A DNA stretch of 25,016 nucleotides, taken from the IMG/VR virus record IMGVR_UViG_3300032335_000758, positions 1 through 25,016 of that record. One strand, written 5' to 3'. A program made the translations under genes and the position numbers. Position 1 is the first letter of the stretch. The number at the start of each line of letters is the position of its first letter. This stretch comes from a virus. Its lineage: Duplodnaviria; Caudoviricetes. This document shows positions 1 through 8,897 of the stretch, piece by piece. Below the pieces are notes generated by a model, which saw only the letters and a list, made by a program, of their open reading frames with translations, did no database searches and had not been told where the DNA came from.

Positions 1-79
1 ATATTTTAAATAATAGCGTCCTTCGACCCTTCCCCCGTGTATTCCATGTTCTCTCCTCCTTGCTGCGCCCTTTGCTTGC

Positions 80-1435
80 TCATGCCAGTTGCAGTTGTAA
101 CTGTGACCCTTGCGGAATGTAACCTGTAAACTCTATATCCATTTGAGTTATGTTTCTTTTGTAATCGGGTAATATCTTATCGCTTTTAATAGTATTACAT
201 GACCTACACAACAAGGTAACATTATCATAAGTATGTGAACCACCTTTTGATTTAGGTATAATATGATCTAATGTTGCTGCATTAGATTGGTTATAGTTAT
301 CCTTATTAGGATGGATACATTTAACACCACATGATGTACATATATATTTATGTTTTCTATATACAATAGTTCTACTTATAGGTTCATACTTATTACCATA
401 CAACTTAGCCCATTGTTTATCATCTCTAATTCTATTATACTTATTTCTACTTTTACTTTTAAGTAAACTATTTCTTTTTTTTGTTATCTTCTTTAATTCT
501 TCATTACATTCAATAGAACAATAATTGTTTATATGATGGACAACACCTAAGTTATTTAACTTTTTATCTATACCATACTGTTGATTACAATGTTTACATA
601 CTGATGTAAAGTTATAAGCATCTGTATATTTTTTTATAAGTTTACATTTATCACATAATTTATCTCCATATAATCTAACATCATTGCATTCTATACAATA
701 TATATTAGAGCATTGACCTTCTTTACTTTTAACTTTATAATAATTTACTCTTTCTTTATATTTATCAGATTGTTTATATTTTTCAATAGTTTCCTTAATT
801 CTATTAGGATTTTCAATTCTTTTTGCTGCAGAGTAAAATCTATCCCATTCACGTTTTTTATTTATTTTTTTATTGTCATTTTTAAAGTTCTCTTTACGTA
901 TTTCAAGGTTGTATTTTATATTATCTTTTGAACATTTTAACGAACAAAAAGTGTTAATTTTATCAAAAATACCTTTATTTAATAATTTTGTTTTAATATC
1001 AAACGTACTTTTACAATATAAACAATTTGATATAAAGTTATTTTCCCAAACAAATTTTTTATGATATTTACATTTTAGGCATATTTTTTTACCATATACT
1101 CTATTAATATTGCATTCAATACAATACAAATTAGATTCTTTACATTTTCGGTTTAAAATAAGATAATCCCTTCTTTTATCAGTTTTTTGATATTTTTTAG
1201 CATATTCTTTTGATTTTTCTAATCTAATTGCTTTTTTTTCTTCATCAGTAAGATTAGAAATATAATTTTGTTTAGCTACCCAATCTGGATTAAGTAATTT
1301 ACTTAATAATTCTTTTTCTCTTTTCCTTTCATTCTTGCACAATTTACAATAATATTCTACACAATTTCGATTACTTCTAATTTTAATAGAACGTTCAATA
1401 TTATGTTTTTCACAAAAAGTTTTTCTTTGACACAT
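80..1435 (-). CDS. Large Cys-rich HNH endonuclease (putative homing endonuclease) with a duplicated zinc-binding module
   Basis: C-terminal CxxCG...LDHIIPKSKGGSHTYDNVTLLCRSCN HNH motif; many CxxC pairs; visibly more AT-rich than neighbouring genes. Confidence 0.85.
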   Translation of the reverse strand: MCQRKTFCEKHNIERSIKIRSNRNCVEYYCKLCKNERKREKELLSKLLNPDWVAKQNYISNLTDEEKKAIRLEKSKEYAKKYQKTDKRRDYLILNRKCKESNLYCIECNINRVYGKKICLKCKYHKKFVWENNFISNCLYCKSTFDIKTKLLNKGIFDKINTFCSLKCSKDNIKYNLEIRKENFKNDNKKINKKREWDRFYSAAKRIENPNRIKETIEKYKQSDKYKERVNYYKVKSKEGQCSNIYCIECNDVRLYGDKLCDKCKLIKKYTDAYNFTSVCKHCNQQYGIDKKLNNLGVVHHINNYCSIECNEELKKITKKRNSLLKSKSRNKYNRIRDDKQWAKLYGNKYEPISRTIVYRKHKYICTSCGVKCIHPNKDNYNQSNAATLDHIIPKSKGGSHTYDNVTLLCRSCNTIKSDKILPDYKRNITQMDIEFTGYIPQGSQLQLQLA

Positions 1436-1436
1436 A

Positions 1437-1871
1437 TTATCTTAGGTTATCATTGTTTAACTTCTTCCTCTGCACCATCTGTGCCAGCCATGTCACCACG
1501 TCTGCCTTATCCTTCGGTAGTATCTTTGCATCTGCATCCATGTAGATAGGCACAGGTGCAACACCAGAGTTCTCGAATGCAGACTTAGTATCATGACAAG
1601 ACTTACATAGTGCTAATAGGTTGCCTAAGTTATACATACTACCACCACGCGTGATAGGTATCATGTGGTCAACACATCCCTTCCTATCACCTGGTGTTAT
1701 GTCAACCATCTCACCTAATACTAAGCACACCTCACACAATGGATTAGCACGCCTATAATTTACGCTAACCTTCTGCCATGCACTGTTATAGTTACCTTGC
1801 TCACCAGATGGCTTGCGCATCATCTTAGCCTTGTTAATGCTTGACTTTATGTACTTTGGTATGTATGGCAT
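1437..1871 (-). CDS. HNH endonuclease, HK97 gp74-like terminase-associated type
   Basis: YNSAWQKVS..NPLCEVC..VDHMIPITRGGS..NLLALCKSCHDTKS; size and motif layout typical of cos-phage packaging HNHs. Confidence 0.85.
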   Translation of the reverse strand: MPYIPKYIKSSINKAKMMRKPSGEQGNYNSAWQKVSVNYRRANPLCEVCLVLGEMVDITPGDRKGCVDHMIPITRGGSMYNLGNLLALCKSCHDTKSAFENSGVAPVPIYMDADAKILPKDKADVVTWLAQMVQRKKLNNDNLR

Positions 1872-2857
1872 TATAGTCCTTTAAGTATCTTGTATCTTGT
1901 TTGATTCAATAGTTCTATGTGTAATACCTCATTAAGATACTTCCTTCCTTCCTTAACGAGAGATACTTTGTTAATGTTGCCAGCTATAATAGCTAAGATG
2001 AGGTCATAGAACTGGTGAGGTGTATCATAACTCATTACTCCAGGTATATTAAATTCCTTAAAATATACATCTGCTAAGACTGGCATACCATTAGCTAAAC
2101 ATTCAATAGCAAAGATATTAGACTTACCCTCATTAAACTCATTCCTTACTAATGGATAGTAACCATAATCACCTTCTATTCTTTGCATGAATGTAAAGTA
2201 AATAAACATACTATTCCATTCCACAAAGTTTGCCTTCTTACTAAAGTCGTACATCATAAACTTAGGCATACCGAAAAAAGTAAATTCAGTATCTAATTCC
2301 ATCGCCTTATTAAGTTGCTCCTTTATGGTATGTAGGTCTGCAAAGTGTGTACTTCCACCACGCCAAACAAACCTTGGAGGATTATGCTGCTCCTCAACCT
2401 TTATCATGGGTAGGTCAGTAGGTGTCCATCCATTAGGTATGACAAACATAGGCTTATTATGGCTCAAAGGTTTATAAAGGTCATATAGCTTTTGAGTAGA
2501 TACTATGATTACATCGGCAAATAAGAATGTATCTTGAATTTGCTTTTGCACTTGAGGATTGCTAAAATAAGTTGATGCAGGATTATCTTCCGGAACATTT
2601 AATAAGTGATCGTCAAAGTCGATTATCACAGCCTTCCCCATTCGCTTTGCATCTGCCATAATTCCAAGTGAGGCAGTTGAGTTAGGACGCTGAATAATTA
2701 CTATGTCTGTGTTATATATATCATGCCAGACTGCTTTTTCCTGTTGGCAAATAATTAACTCAAATTTCTTTTGCAGTGCTAATCGCGAAAATGGCCCAAT
2801 AGTGCGGTAATAGTCAGTCGCTTGACTCTTTGAAGATGTAAATATAGTTGCCTTCAT
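1871..2857 (-). CDS. Glycosyltransferase, GT-B/GT4-like
   Basis: YYR..P, IVIIQRP, IIDFDD, ADVIIVST, VIPNG, WRGGSTH, KSN...E..A.G.PV motifs typical of phage GT-B enzymes. Confidence 0.75.
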   Translation of the reverse strand: MKATIFTSSKSQATDYYRTIGPFSRLALQKKFELIICQQEKAVWHDIYNTDIVIIQRPNSTASLGIMADAKRMGKAVIIDFDDHLLNVPEDNPASTYFSNPQVQKQIQDTFLFADVIIVSTQKLYDLYKPLSHNKPMFVIPNGWTPTDLPMIKVEEQHNPPRFVWRGGSTHFADLHTIKEQLNKAMELDTEFTFFGMPKFMMYDFSKKANFVEWNSMFIYFTFMQRIEGDYGYYPLVRNEFNEGKSNIFAIECLANGMPVLADVYFKEFNIPGVMSYDTPHQFYDLILAIIAGNINKVSLVKEGRKYLNEVLHIELLNQTRYKILKGL

Positions 2858-3018
2858 TTATTCTTTTTTTGCCAATCTGCACATAAATAATTAATAATCT
2901 CAACCAGTGGCATCTTCTTTCCAGTCTTTGCCGATACATATATCTGCGTAGATATAAGCAGTTTATGCGTATCATCATCCAAAAGCACGCTTTTTCTTTT
3001 TTTCGTTAGTACATCCAT
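2854..3018 (-). CDS. Small DNA-binding protein (ribbon-helix-helix-like); start reassigned to ATG 3018
   Basis: KRKSVLLDDDTHKLL strand-helix pattern; the ORF-track ATG at 3036-3039 overlaps the predicted -7 promoter box. Confidence 0.5.
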   Translation of the reverse strand: MDVLTKKRKSVLLDDDTHKLLISTQIYVSAKTGKKMPLVEIINYLCADWQKKNK

Positions 3019-3036
3019 TTTTTTATAATATTTATG

Positions 3037-3064
3037 CAAAGTTATACAATTATATATATATTTG
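3037..3064. promoter_or_regulatory. Divergent pair of Bacteroidota housekeeping-sigma promoters
   Basis: TATATTTG at 3057-3064 (+) and TAACTTTG at 3044-3037 (-) both match the TAnnTTTG -7 consensus, between divergent genes. Confidence 0.7.
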
Positions 3065-3080
3065 CAAATAAAAAATAATT

Positions 3081-3464
3081 ATGATAAAGTTAATCGTTTC
3101 TGGAAGAGTAGGCAGTGATGCCGAATTAAAGACAGTAGGAGATACAACTGTATGCTCTTTTAGTATTGCTCACAGTGAAAAGGTGTATGGACAAACACCA
3201 GGAGAAAAAACTATTTGGGTAGGTTGTTCTGTTTGGGGAGAAAGAGCCGTTAAACTTTCGCCATTCATTACAAAGGGAACTTACATTGTAGCTGAGGGAT
3301 CTGGCAGTGTAAATTCTTATATGAAAAATGGTGAGCCTGTTGGTATGATAAACTGCAGAATTACCAGCCTTGAATTTGGAGGAAAGCCTACCGCAGAAGC
3401 TACTCCGCAAACTGCTACTCCGCCAGTAGGTAAATTAGACCTTGGCGATGATATGCCATTTTAA
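3081..3464 (+). CDS. ssb: Single-stranded DNA-binding protein
   Basis: GRVGSDAE, FSIA, W..CSVWG.RA, KG..I..EG OB-fold motifs; acidic DDMPF C-terminus. Confidence 0.95.
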   Translation: MIKLIVSGRVGSDAELKTVGDTTVCSFSIAHSEKVYGQTPGEKTIWVGCSVWGERAVKLSPFITKGTYIVAEGSGSVNSYMKNGEPVGMINCRITSLEFGGKPTAEATPQTATPPVGKLDLGDDMPF

Positions 3465-3487
3465 ACATTATTTATAAACCAATTAGT

Positions 3488-4288
3488 ATGAAAAACAATC
3501 AATTTGAATGGGAAGTTTACTCTCCCATTACTCGCAGACGCAACATCTTTAAACTTATCCTCCTTGGCATTATGCTCTGCCTTGCTATGTACATTAGTAG
3601 CTTTGCAGGAGGCAGTTACAAAGCACAGAACTCCGCGCCTAATCCTTACAAGGAATATCCGCAGGAAAATACTGCTATTATTAATGTTAAGAATCTTCCT
3701 GGCAATGCCATTAAGAACATGGATAAAGATGAGCTGCACGATTACATGGATGCAGTTGGATTTAAGAGATTAAAGGGAAAGTCATTAGTAGATTTAAGAC
3801 GCATTTACTTAGGCTTTATGTACGATGATTTCTTTTACTCCATGCACAAAAAGACTAACCTCCCAATATCTGTTATCTATGCCTTCTTTGTAATTGAGGC
3901 AACAAGTAATGGATTAGAAAGTAAGTTGATGTTAAAGGCACTTAATCCGGGAGGAATAAAGTACACAGGCAAAGGAAGTAAAATAAAAGCAATGGATGAT
4001 TGCTATAAAGGAGGAAGAAAAATACCATGTGACTTTCAAGCTTACAATGATTACAAGTCTATGATTGATGGATGGGCAAGCGTTATGAATCTTCCAAGGT
4101 ATAAAGGTTGTAAGAAGTATATTTATAGTAAATACAACAGAGGCATGAACCCAAAGCAGATAGTAGATAGTATCTGTAAATGTTTTTATAAGTCTGGCTA
4201 CCATACAAGTAATTTATGGAAAGTCCGATCTAATTTATCAACTGAATATTGGACAGTAAAAGCCAGTTTTCCCGAAATGGAATATTAA
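3488..4288 (+). CDS. Membrane-anchored glucosaminidase/muramidase-like protein (GH73/FlgJ-like)
   Basis: RRR plus hydrophobic anchor; IEA (catalytic Glu), SKL..A.NPGGIK, FQAY, RY and GYHTS (YATD-like) motifs. Confidence 0.7.
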   Translation: MKNNQFEWEVYSPITRRRNIFKLILLGIMLCLAMYISSFAGGSYKAQNSAPNPYKEYPQENTAIINVKNLPGNAIKNMDKDELHDYMDAVGFKRLKGKSLVDLRRIYLGFMYDDFFYSMHKKTNLPISVIYAFFVIEATSNGLESKLMLKALNPGGIKYTGKGSKIKAMDDCYKGGRKIPCDFQAYNDYKSMIDGWASVMNLPRYKGCKKYIYSKYNRGMNPKQIVDSICKCFYKSGYHTSNLWKVRSNLSTEYWTVKASFPEMEY

Positions 4289-4289
4289 A

Positions 4290-5006
4290 ATGAAATGGAT
4301 AGATAATTTATCACACAAATATTATGATACCTGTTTATTAATAGGCAGCGGATCATCATTAGATTATTTACCTTATCCAGATATATGTAATAGGTTTTGG
4401 ATTGACGACTTAATTATTTGTGTAGGTGATATGTGGAAAGATGATAAAATAAAATACGATTATTGTATAAATCACCATACAGTAAAAGATTTACCAGAAG
4501 GATATTTACAATTATGGCAAGAAGAAATTTACAAACATCCTAACAAACACATATTGCCTGAGTTTGACTGCAACGATGAAAGAAGAGGTGTAACACAAAT
4601 GGATGGAGATTTTTACAAGTACAAAGGTATGCCAGTATGTGAATCTACAAAAGTCTATGTTAAGCCGATTGTAGAAAAAATACCTAATACTTTGTTTGTT
4701 GGAGGTACAATTTTGTTTGATGCTATTGGACTTGGTTTGCATTTAGGTATTAAAAAATTCTATTTAATGGGATTTGATGGAGGTCAATATCAAGGTCATT
4801 CTTATTATAGTAAATATAGAGAATTATGGCCAGAAGATCCTTATTTTGTTACTGGGCACTCTATTCGCACGATGAACAGTTTTAAATCATTACAGGAGTT
4901 TTTAAAACCAAGAGGGATTACTTTTACACATATTTCTGCAAGGTATGGATCAAGTGATTTAACATATAGCAATATTGATGGACTTGATTATTCTATTGTA
5001 TTATAA
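4290..5006 (+). CDS. Maf/DUF115-like, sialyltransferase (GT29/GT42)-fold glycosyltransferase
   Basis: LLIGSGSSL N-terminal motif and LGIKKFYLMGFD...HSY motif. Confidence 0.65.
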   Translation: MKWIDNLSHKYYDTCLLIGSGSSLDYLPYPDICNRFWIDDLIICVGDMWKDDKIKYDYCINHHTVKDLPEGYLQLWQEEIYKHPNKHILPEFDCNDERRGVTQMDGDFYKYKGMPVCESTKVYVKPIVEKIPNTLFVGGTILFDAIGLGLHLGIKKFYLMGFDGGQYQGHSYYSKYRELWPEDPYFVTGHSIRTMNSFKSLQEFLKPRGITFTHISARYGSSDLTYSNIDGLDYSIVL

Positions 5007-5015
5007 TTCCTAATC

Positions 5016-5705
5016 ATGGGCAAGATTATAAAAAAAAGTGTTAAGATTCGTTACAGAGATGATGAAATAGACTTTCTTAAAACCTATTACCCATTCATAC
5101 ACAATGAAGATTTGTCTATAATGATGGGCAGAACATCTGTATCAATAGGTGTATGCGCTAATAAACTTGGCATAAAGAAGTGTAAAGGTTTTTTATCTTT
5201 AAATATGCGCCGTGTATCTGAAATAGGTAGAATAAAATCACCATTAAGAAGCACCTCCTTTAAAAAAGGCTTTACCCCTTGGAACAAAGGCAAACATCTA
5301 TCCCCAGAACACCGTGCAAGGTTAGTGGCATCAAGTTATGTAAAAGGTAACATTCCTTACAACTATAAGCCTATTGGTACTTTAAGGAATTTAGGGCAAT
5401 ACATTGAAATTAAAATTGACCACGGCAGATGGATTTCCCTTTCTAGGCACACCTGGGAACAAGTCCACGGCCCAGTGCCTAAAGGCTACGTTGTTTTTCG
5501 AATGGATGGCAATATAGACAATAATAACCTTGACAATCTTTGCCTTATGTCACGTGGAGAACTGGCAGTGCTTAACCGATGGATAAGCCGTGTGCCTCCA
5601 GAGTTGAGAGAAGTGCAACAATTAGTAAACCAAATTAAAAGAATAGCAAATGAGACTCACAAAAGACGAAGCTCGAATATTAGCGGAAGCAATGGAGGAG
5701 TATAA
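5016..5705 (+). CDS. HNH endonuclease (HNH_3 type) with NUMOD-like FKKG..PWNKG repeats
   Basis: FKKGFTPWNKG, P.NYKPIGT, WEQVHGPVPKGYVVFRMDGNIDNNNLDNL; the His before D is replaced, so activity is uncertain. Confidence 0.75.
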   Translation: MGKIIKKSVKIRYRDDEIDFLKTYYPFIHNEDLSIMMGRTSVSIGVCANKLGIKKCKGFLSLNMRRVSEIGRIKSPLRSTSFKKGFTPWNKGKHLSPEHRARLVASSYVKGNIPYNYKPIGTLRNLGQYIEIKIDHGRWISLSRHTWEQVHGPVPKGYVVFRMDGNIDNNNLDNLCLMSRGELAVLNRWISRVPPELREVQQLVNQIKRIANETHKRRSSNISGSNGGV

Positions 5706-5865
5706 GTACAAATTAGTAGAAAATCCTCATTATAAAGAATTAGGAGTGTTTAATAAACTGCATGATTTGCAGTACAAATTAGAAATGTTTGGCGATGATA
5801 AACGCAGAAATGGCAGAACAAGCCAAGATAATTTTAACGACTTAATTAAAAGATTAACAAAATGA
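5650..5865 (+). CDS. Hypothetical protein
   Basis: ORF in the operon; overlaps the next gene via ATGA. Confidence 0.6.
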   Translation: MRLTKDEARILAEAMEEYKYKLVENPHYKELGVFNKLHDLQYKLEMFGDDKRRNGRTSQDNFNDLIKRLTK

Positions 5866-6095
5866 AGAACAAAATCAGCGACCTCCGCAACCACCTATTC
5901 TCCGTTCTTGAAGAACTAACCGATCCCGAATCCACCTACGACATTGCCAAAGCCAAGGTTGTGGCAGATGTTGCACAAGTGATTATTAACAGTGCCAGCG
6001 TAGAGAACCAGTACCTAAAGATAGTGGGAGGTAGCCATGGCAGTGGGTTCATAGAGGATAGGAATGAGGTCAAACAAATTTCGGAAAAGAATTAA
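5862..6095 (+). CDS. Conserved small phage protein (LRNHLF..LE.L family, often next to HNH_3 genes)
   Basis: MKNKISDLRNHLFSVLEEL..AK.VA.VA.VII pattern. Confidence 0.65.
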   Translation: MKNKISDLRNHLFSVLEELTDPESTYDIAKAKVVADVAQVIINSASVENQYLKIVGGSHGSGFIEDRNEVKQISEKN

Positions 6096-6103
6096 AAATA
6101 GTT

Positions 6104-6111
6104 TATCTTTG
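6104..6111 (+). promoter_or_regulatory. Bacteroidota -7 promoter box
   Basis: TATCTTTG matches TAnnTTTG, just upstream of a structured leader. Confidence 0.6.
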
Positions 6112-6116
6112 CAATG

Positions 6117-6216
6117 TTCTTTAGATGGTGTGCAAGTCACCTAAAGAATTTCGAACAAAATAAACTTTGTTCACATGAGCCCAGTAGTCTTGCACCTATT
6201 GGGCTCTTTTTATTTT
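6117..6216 (+). ncRNA. Structured 5' leader: three hairpins, the last terminator-like, with loop-loop complementarity
   Basis: Stems 6117-6124/6141-6148, 6153-6159/6166-6172 and 6177-6187/6196-6206 plus T-tract; GTGCAAG (6130-6136) is complementary to CTTGCAC (6189-6195). Confidence 0.65.
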
Positions 6217-6222
6217 ACTAAA

Positions 6223-6708
6223 ATGGCTAAAGAAATTCAATTAACACAGGGTAAAGTTGCAATCGTTGATGATGAGGACTTTGAGTATTTAAACCAATGG
6301 AAATGGTATGCACATAAAATGAATGGTAATTTTTATACACAAAGAAGTAATAGAATTAATAAAAAGTACGCTGGAACTTTATATATTCATAGAATTATAA
6401 TGAATGCAAGTAAAGGTTCTGTTGTTGATCATATAAACGGAAATACTTTAGATAACAGAAAATGTAATTTAAGAATTTGTACTCATGGGCAAAATATTAG
6501 AAATCAAAAAATAAATATAAATAATAGTTCTGGATTTAAAGGAGTTTGTTATCGTAAAGATAAAAATAAATGGAGAGTTGTATTACAATTAAATAGTAAA
6601 AAAATCCACATTGGATATTATCTTAATATTATCGACGCTGCTAAAGCTTACAACGAAGCCGCCATAAAATACCATGGTGAATTTGCTAACTTAAATAAAA
6701 TTAATTAA
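6223..6708 (+). CDS. HNH-AP2 homing endonuclease; start likely ATG 6223
   Basis: LTQGKVAIVDDEDF, HR.IM, VVDHINGNTLDNRKCNLR (HNH) and SGFKGV..W...HIGYY...AA.AYN.AA..YHGEFA (AP2). Confidence 0.92.
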   Translation: MAKEIQLTQGKVAIVDDEDFEYLNQWKWYAHKMNGNFYTQRSNRINKKYAGTLYIHRIIMNASKGSVVDHINGNTLDNRKCNLRICTHGQNIRNQKININNSSGFKGVCYRKDKNKWRVVLQLNSKKIHIGYYLNIIDAAKAYNEAAIKYHGEFANLNKIN

Positions 6709-6709
6709 A

Positions 6710-7642
6710 ATGATAAACATAGATACAAGGCTACTTAACCAAATTAATCCAGATGAATTATACCTTGTTTGTCATATAGTAAATTATATGAATCAAAACA
6801 AAATGTGTTTTCCATCCAATGCCAAACTTAGCAAGGATTCTACATTTTCGCATTCTAAAATTTTAAGAGTTAAAAACTCTTTAGTAGATAAGAAAATAAT
6901 GACTGTTACACGAAGATTCAGAGCTGATGGCAGCCAAACAAGTAACCTTTATAAATTGCAAACAGAATATATTGGAGTATTTGTTTCTGCTAAAAATATG
7001 TCAGATTTGGATACCACCCCATTCACTGATGAAGAGGGGGAGGTATTCACCCATGAAGAGGGGACACCTTCAGTAATGAACACCCAAGAAGTATTAGCCA
7101 ATAGAAGTATTAACAATATTAAAGTATTAAAGGATTGTGAAATGCCTTTCACTCCTATTAAAACAAAAATTAAAAATTCTTTTACAAGGCAATCCATACT
7201 TGATTCAATTTCCCATGAGCAAGGTTTTAAAGAAAAAGAAAAAAGCACGCGGGAAAAAGAAAAAGAAAGCCGAGAACCCTCGGAGACCTACCTCTGCTTT
7301 TCCGCTTTCGCCTCCACCTATGAACGGCTTGCTGGTGTGACATATCCTTCCGACAAGAATAATTATATCATGACAGCTAAAGATGGTTCAAACTGTAAAA
7401 AGTTAGTAACATGGCTAAAGAAGGTAAGTGCCAGTGAGCAGGCACCAGACGAAATGGTGACAATGTTTACCACTGCTGCATGGCAGATAAGCGATAAGTG
7501 GCTTAAAGCTAACTTTACAATAAGCAATATCTACTCACAGGCAAATAATATTTATACTAAATTTATGTACAACAACCCTGCCGCACAGGAGAAGCGGAGG
7601 CAGGAGGAGATTGATCGCTTAGTAAATGAATTTCAGCCATGA
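6710..7642 (+). CDS. Phage replication initiator with N-terminal helix-turn-helix (HTH_36-like)
   Basis: CFPSNAKLSKD...SKILR...L..K.I...RR....G.QTSNLY; low-complexity linker carrying iterons. Confidence 0.75.
   Translation: MINIDTRLLNQINPDELYLVCHIVNYMNQNKMCFPSNAKLSKDSTFSHSKILRVKNSLVDKKIMTVTRRFRADGSQTSNLYKLQTEYIGVFVSAKNMSDLDTTPFTDEEGEVFTHEEGTPSVMNTQEVLANRSINNIKVLKDCEMPFTPIKTKIKNSFTRQSILDSISHEQGFKEKEKSTREKEKESREPSETYLCFSAFASTYERLAGVTYPSDKNNYIMTAKDGSNCKKLVTWLKKVSASEQAPDEMVTMFTTAAWQISDKWLKANFTISNIYSQANNIYTKFMYNNPAAQEKRRQEEIDRLVNEFQP
7021..7080. repeat. Three iterons TTCA-N4-TGAA; putative replication origin
   Basis: TTCActgaTGAA at 7022, TTCAcccaTGAA at 7046, TTCAgtaaTGAA at 7069; the first two extend to ATTCAC..ATGAAGAGGGG; an AT-rich tract follows. 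Confidence 0.65.
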
Positions 7643-7869
7643 AACAAACACCTAAACAAAAAGCCAAAGAGCTATTTAATTATTACTATATTTTAATCCA
7701 AGAAATTGGAGGAGAATTAGGGCAGGAAATCCTTGTATCTATTTTGGCAAAGCATTGCGCTTTATTTGCAGCACGGGAAGTGTTGCAAGATAAATGGAAC
7801 ACAGAGGATTATGACCAATATGATTATTGGCAAGAAGTTGAACATGAAATAGAAAATTATGAAGAATAA
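7639..7869 (+). CDS. Hypothetical phage protein
   Basis: TPKQKAKELF...AKHCAL...YWQEV; ATGA overlap with the initiator gene. Confidence 0.65.
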   Translation: MKQTPKQKAKELFNYYYILIQEIGGELGQEILVSILAKHCALFAAREVLQDKWNTEDYDQYDYWQEVEHEIENYEE

Positions 7870-8068
7870 ACAAGACCGCAATGCCTATATGCGTGAGTAC
7901 ATGAAGAAGTACCGCGCAACCATGAACGAATATACTTACAAGAAGATCCGCGAACGCGAGAACCTCCGCCTCCGCGCCAAGTACCATGCCATGAGCAGGG
8001 AGCAAAGGCAAAAATATATAGAGTACCAAAGAACTTATCACAAACTAAAACAATTCACTAATGAGTAA
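7859..8068 (+). CDS. Hypothetical basic helical protein
   Basis: YMREYMKKYR motif; overlaps both neighbours. Confidence 0.6.
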   Translation: MKNKQDRNAYMREYMKKYRATMNEYTYKKIRERENLRLRAKYHAMSREQRQKYIEYQRTYHKLKQFTNE

Positions 8069-8789
8069 TTTAACACAGTATCAACCGCGTAACTCCGATG
8101 AACAGGCAATTATAACAGCCCGATCTAATCGCATTGCTAACATGGAGCAAAAGGACGCCTACAAGCAAACATTGAATGTTATCAGCTCTGTGTTTCCAAT
8201 GTACGGCATTGATGGCGATTTAGCTTTTTATGCAAACATAGCCAAGGAGATTGTAAAAACATTTGGGCAAATAGCAACTAATGAAATTGAAATAGCTTTC
8301 CGGTTGTTCTCAGCTGAAAGCCTGGAACTGGATGAAGATGTTAAATTCTACGGCAAAGCAAATATGCACACCATCGGTAAAATACTAAATGGGTACATGA
8401 CTTACCGGAGGAAAATAATAGCAAGCCATGACAATGAAGTAGCAGCACTCCGGCTCCAGGTGCAGATGGAGGAAAGGGGAAGATTGGAGAGAGAGAAATT
8501 GTATGCAGAATTTCCAACAATGATAAAAGAATTTACTGGAAAGACATGGGAAGATGTGCCGCTATACTGGTATGATATGTGTCTAAAGTTTGACATGATT
8601 ATATACGAGGAAGGAGAGAAAAGAGCATTGTGGGAAGAAGCCCAGGCCATTGCACTTAAAGAGCCGCCAGAGTCATTAGACCTTATGACTATCCGCAGCC
8701 ATGCAAAGAAAATAGAACAGGGCAACATGAAAAGAGCCGTAGTGATTGCTCAGAAATTGGCTGTGTGGAGGAAAGTGATAAAAAAATGA
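8061..8789 (+). CDS. Hypothetical protein, possibly a helicase loader or other replication accessory factor
   Basis: Long ORF downstream of the initiator; function inferred from position only. Confidence 0.5.
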   Translation: MSNLTQYQPRNSDEQAIITARSNRIANMEQKDAYKQTLNVISSVFPMYGIDGDLAFYANIAKEIVKTFGQIATNEIEIAFRLFSAESLELDEDVKFYGKANMHTIGKILNGYMTYRRKIIASHDNEVAALRLQVQMEERGRLEREKLYAEFPTMIKEFTGKTWEDVPLYWYDMCLKFDMIIYEEGEKRALWEEAQAIALKEPPESLDLMTIRSHAKKIEQGNMKRAVVIAQKLAVWRKVIKK

Positions 8790-8826
8790 AAATAATTTAC
8801 ATTTATTTTTAATTGTGCTTGTATAT

Positions 8827-8855
8827 TATAATTATACTTTGTATATTTACGTATC
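8827..8855 (+). promoter_or_regulatory. Putative promoter/operator, copy 1 of a repeated element
   Basis: tataattatactttgtatatttacgtatc; 3 mismatches in 29 nt versus 15711-15739. Confidence 0.6.
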
Positions 8856-8897
8856 GAAACAAACAAACGATAATTCACCTTTAAAAAACGCACAATT

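Noticed and set aside
6-83. 25-codon minus-strand ORF MSKQRAQQGG...
   Set aside because: Too short and featureless to support, despite the ATGA overlap
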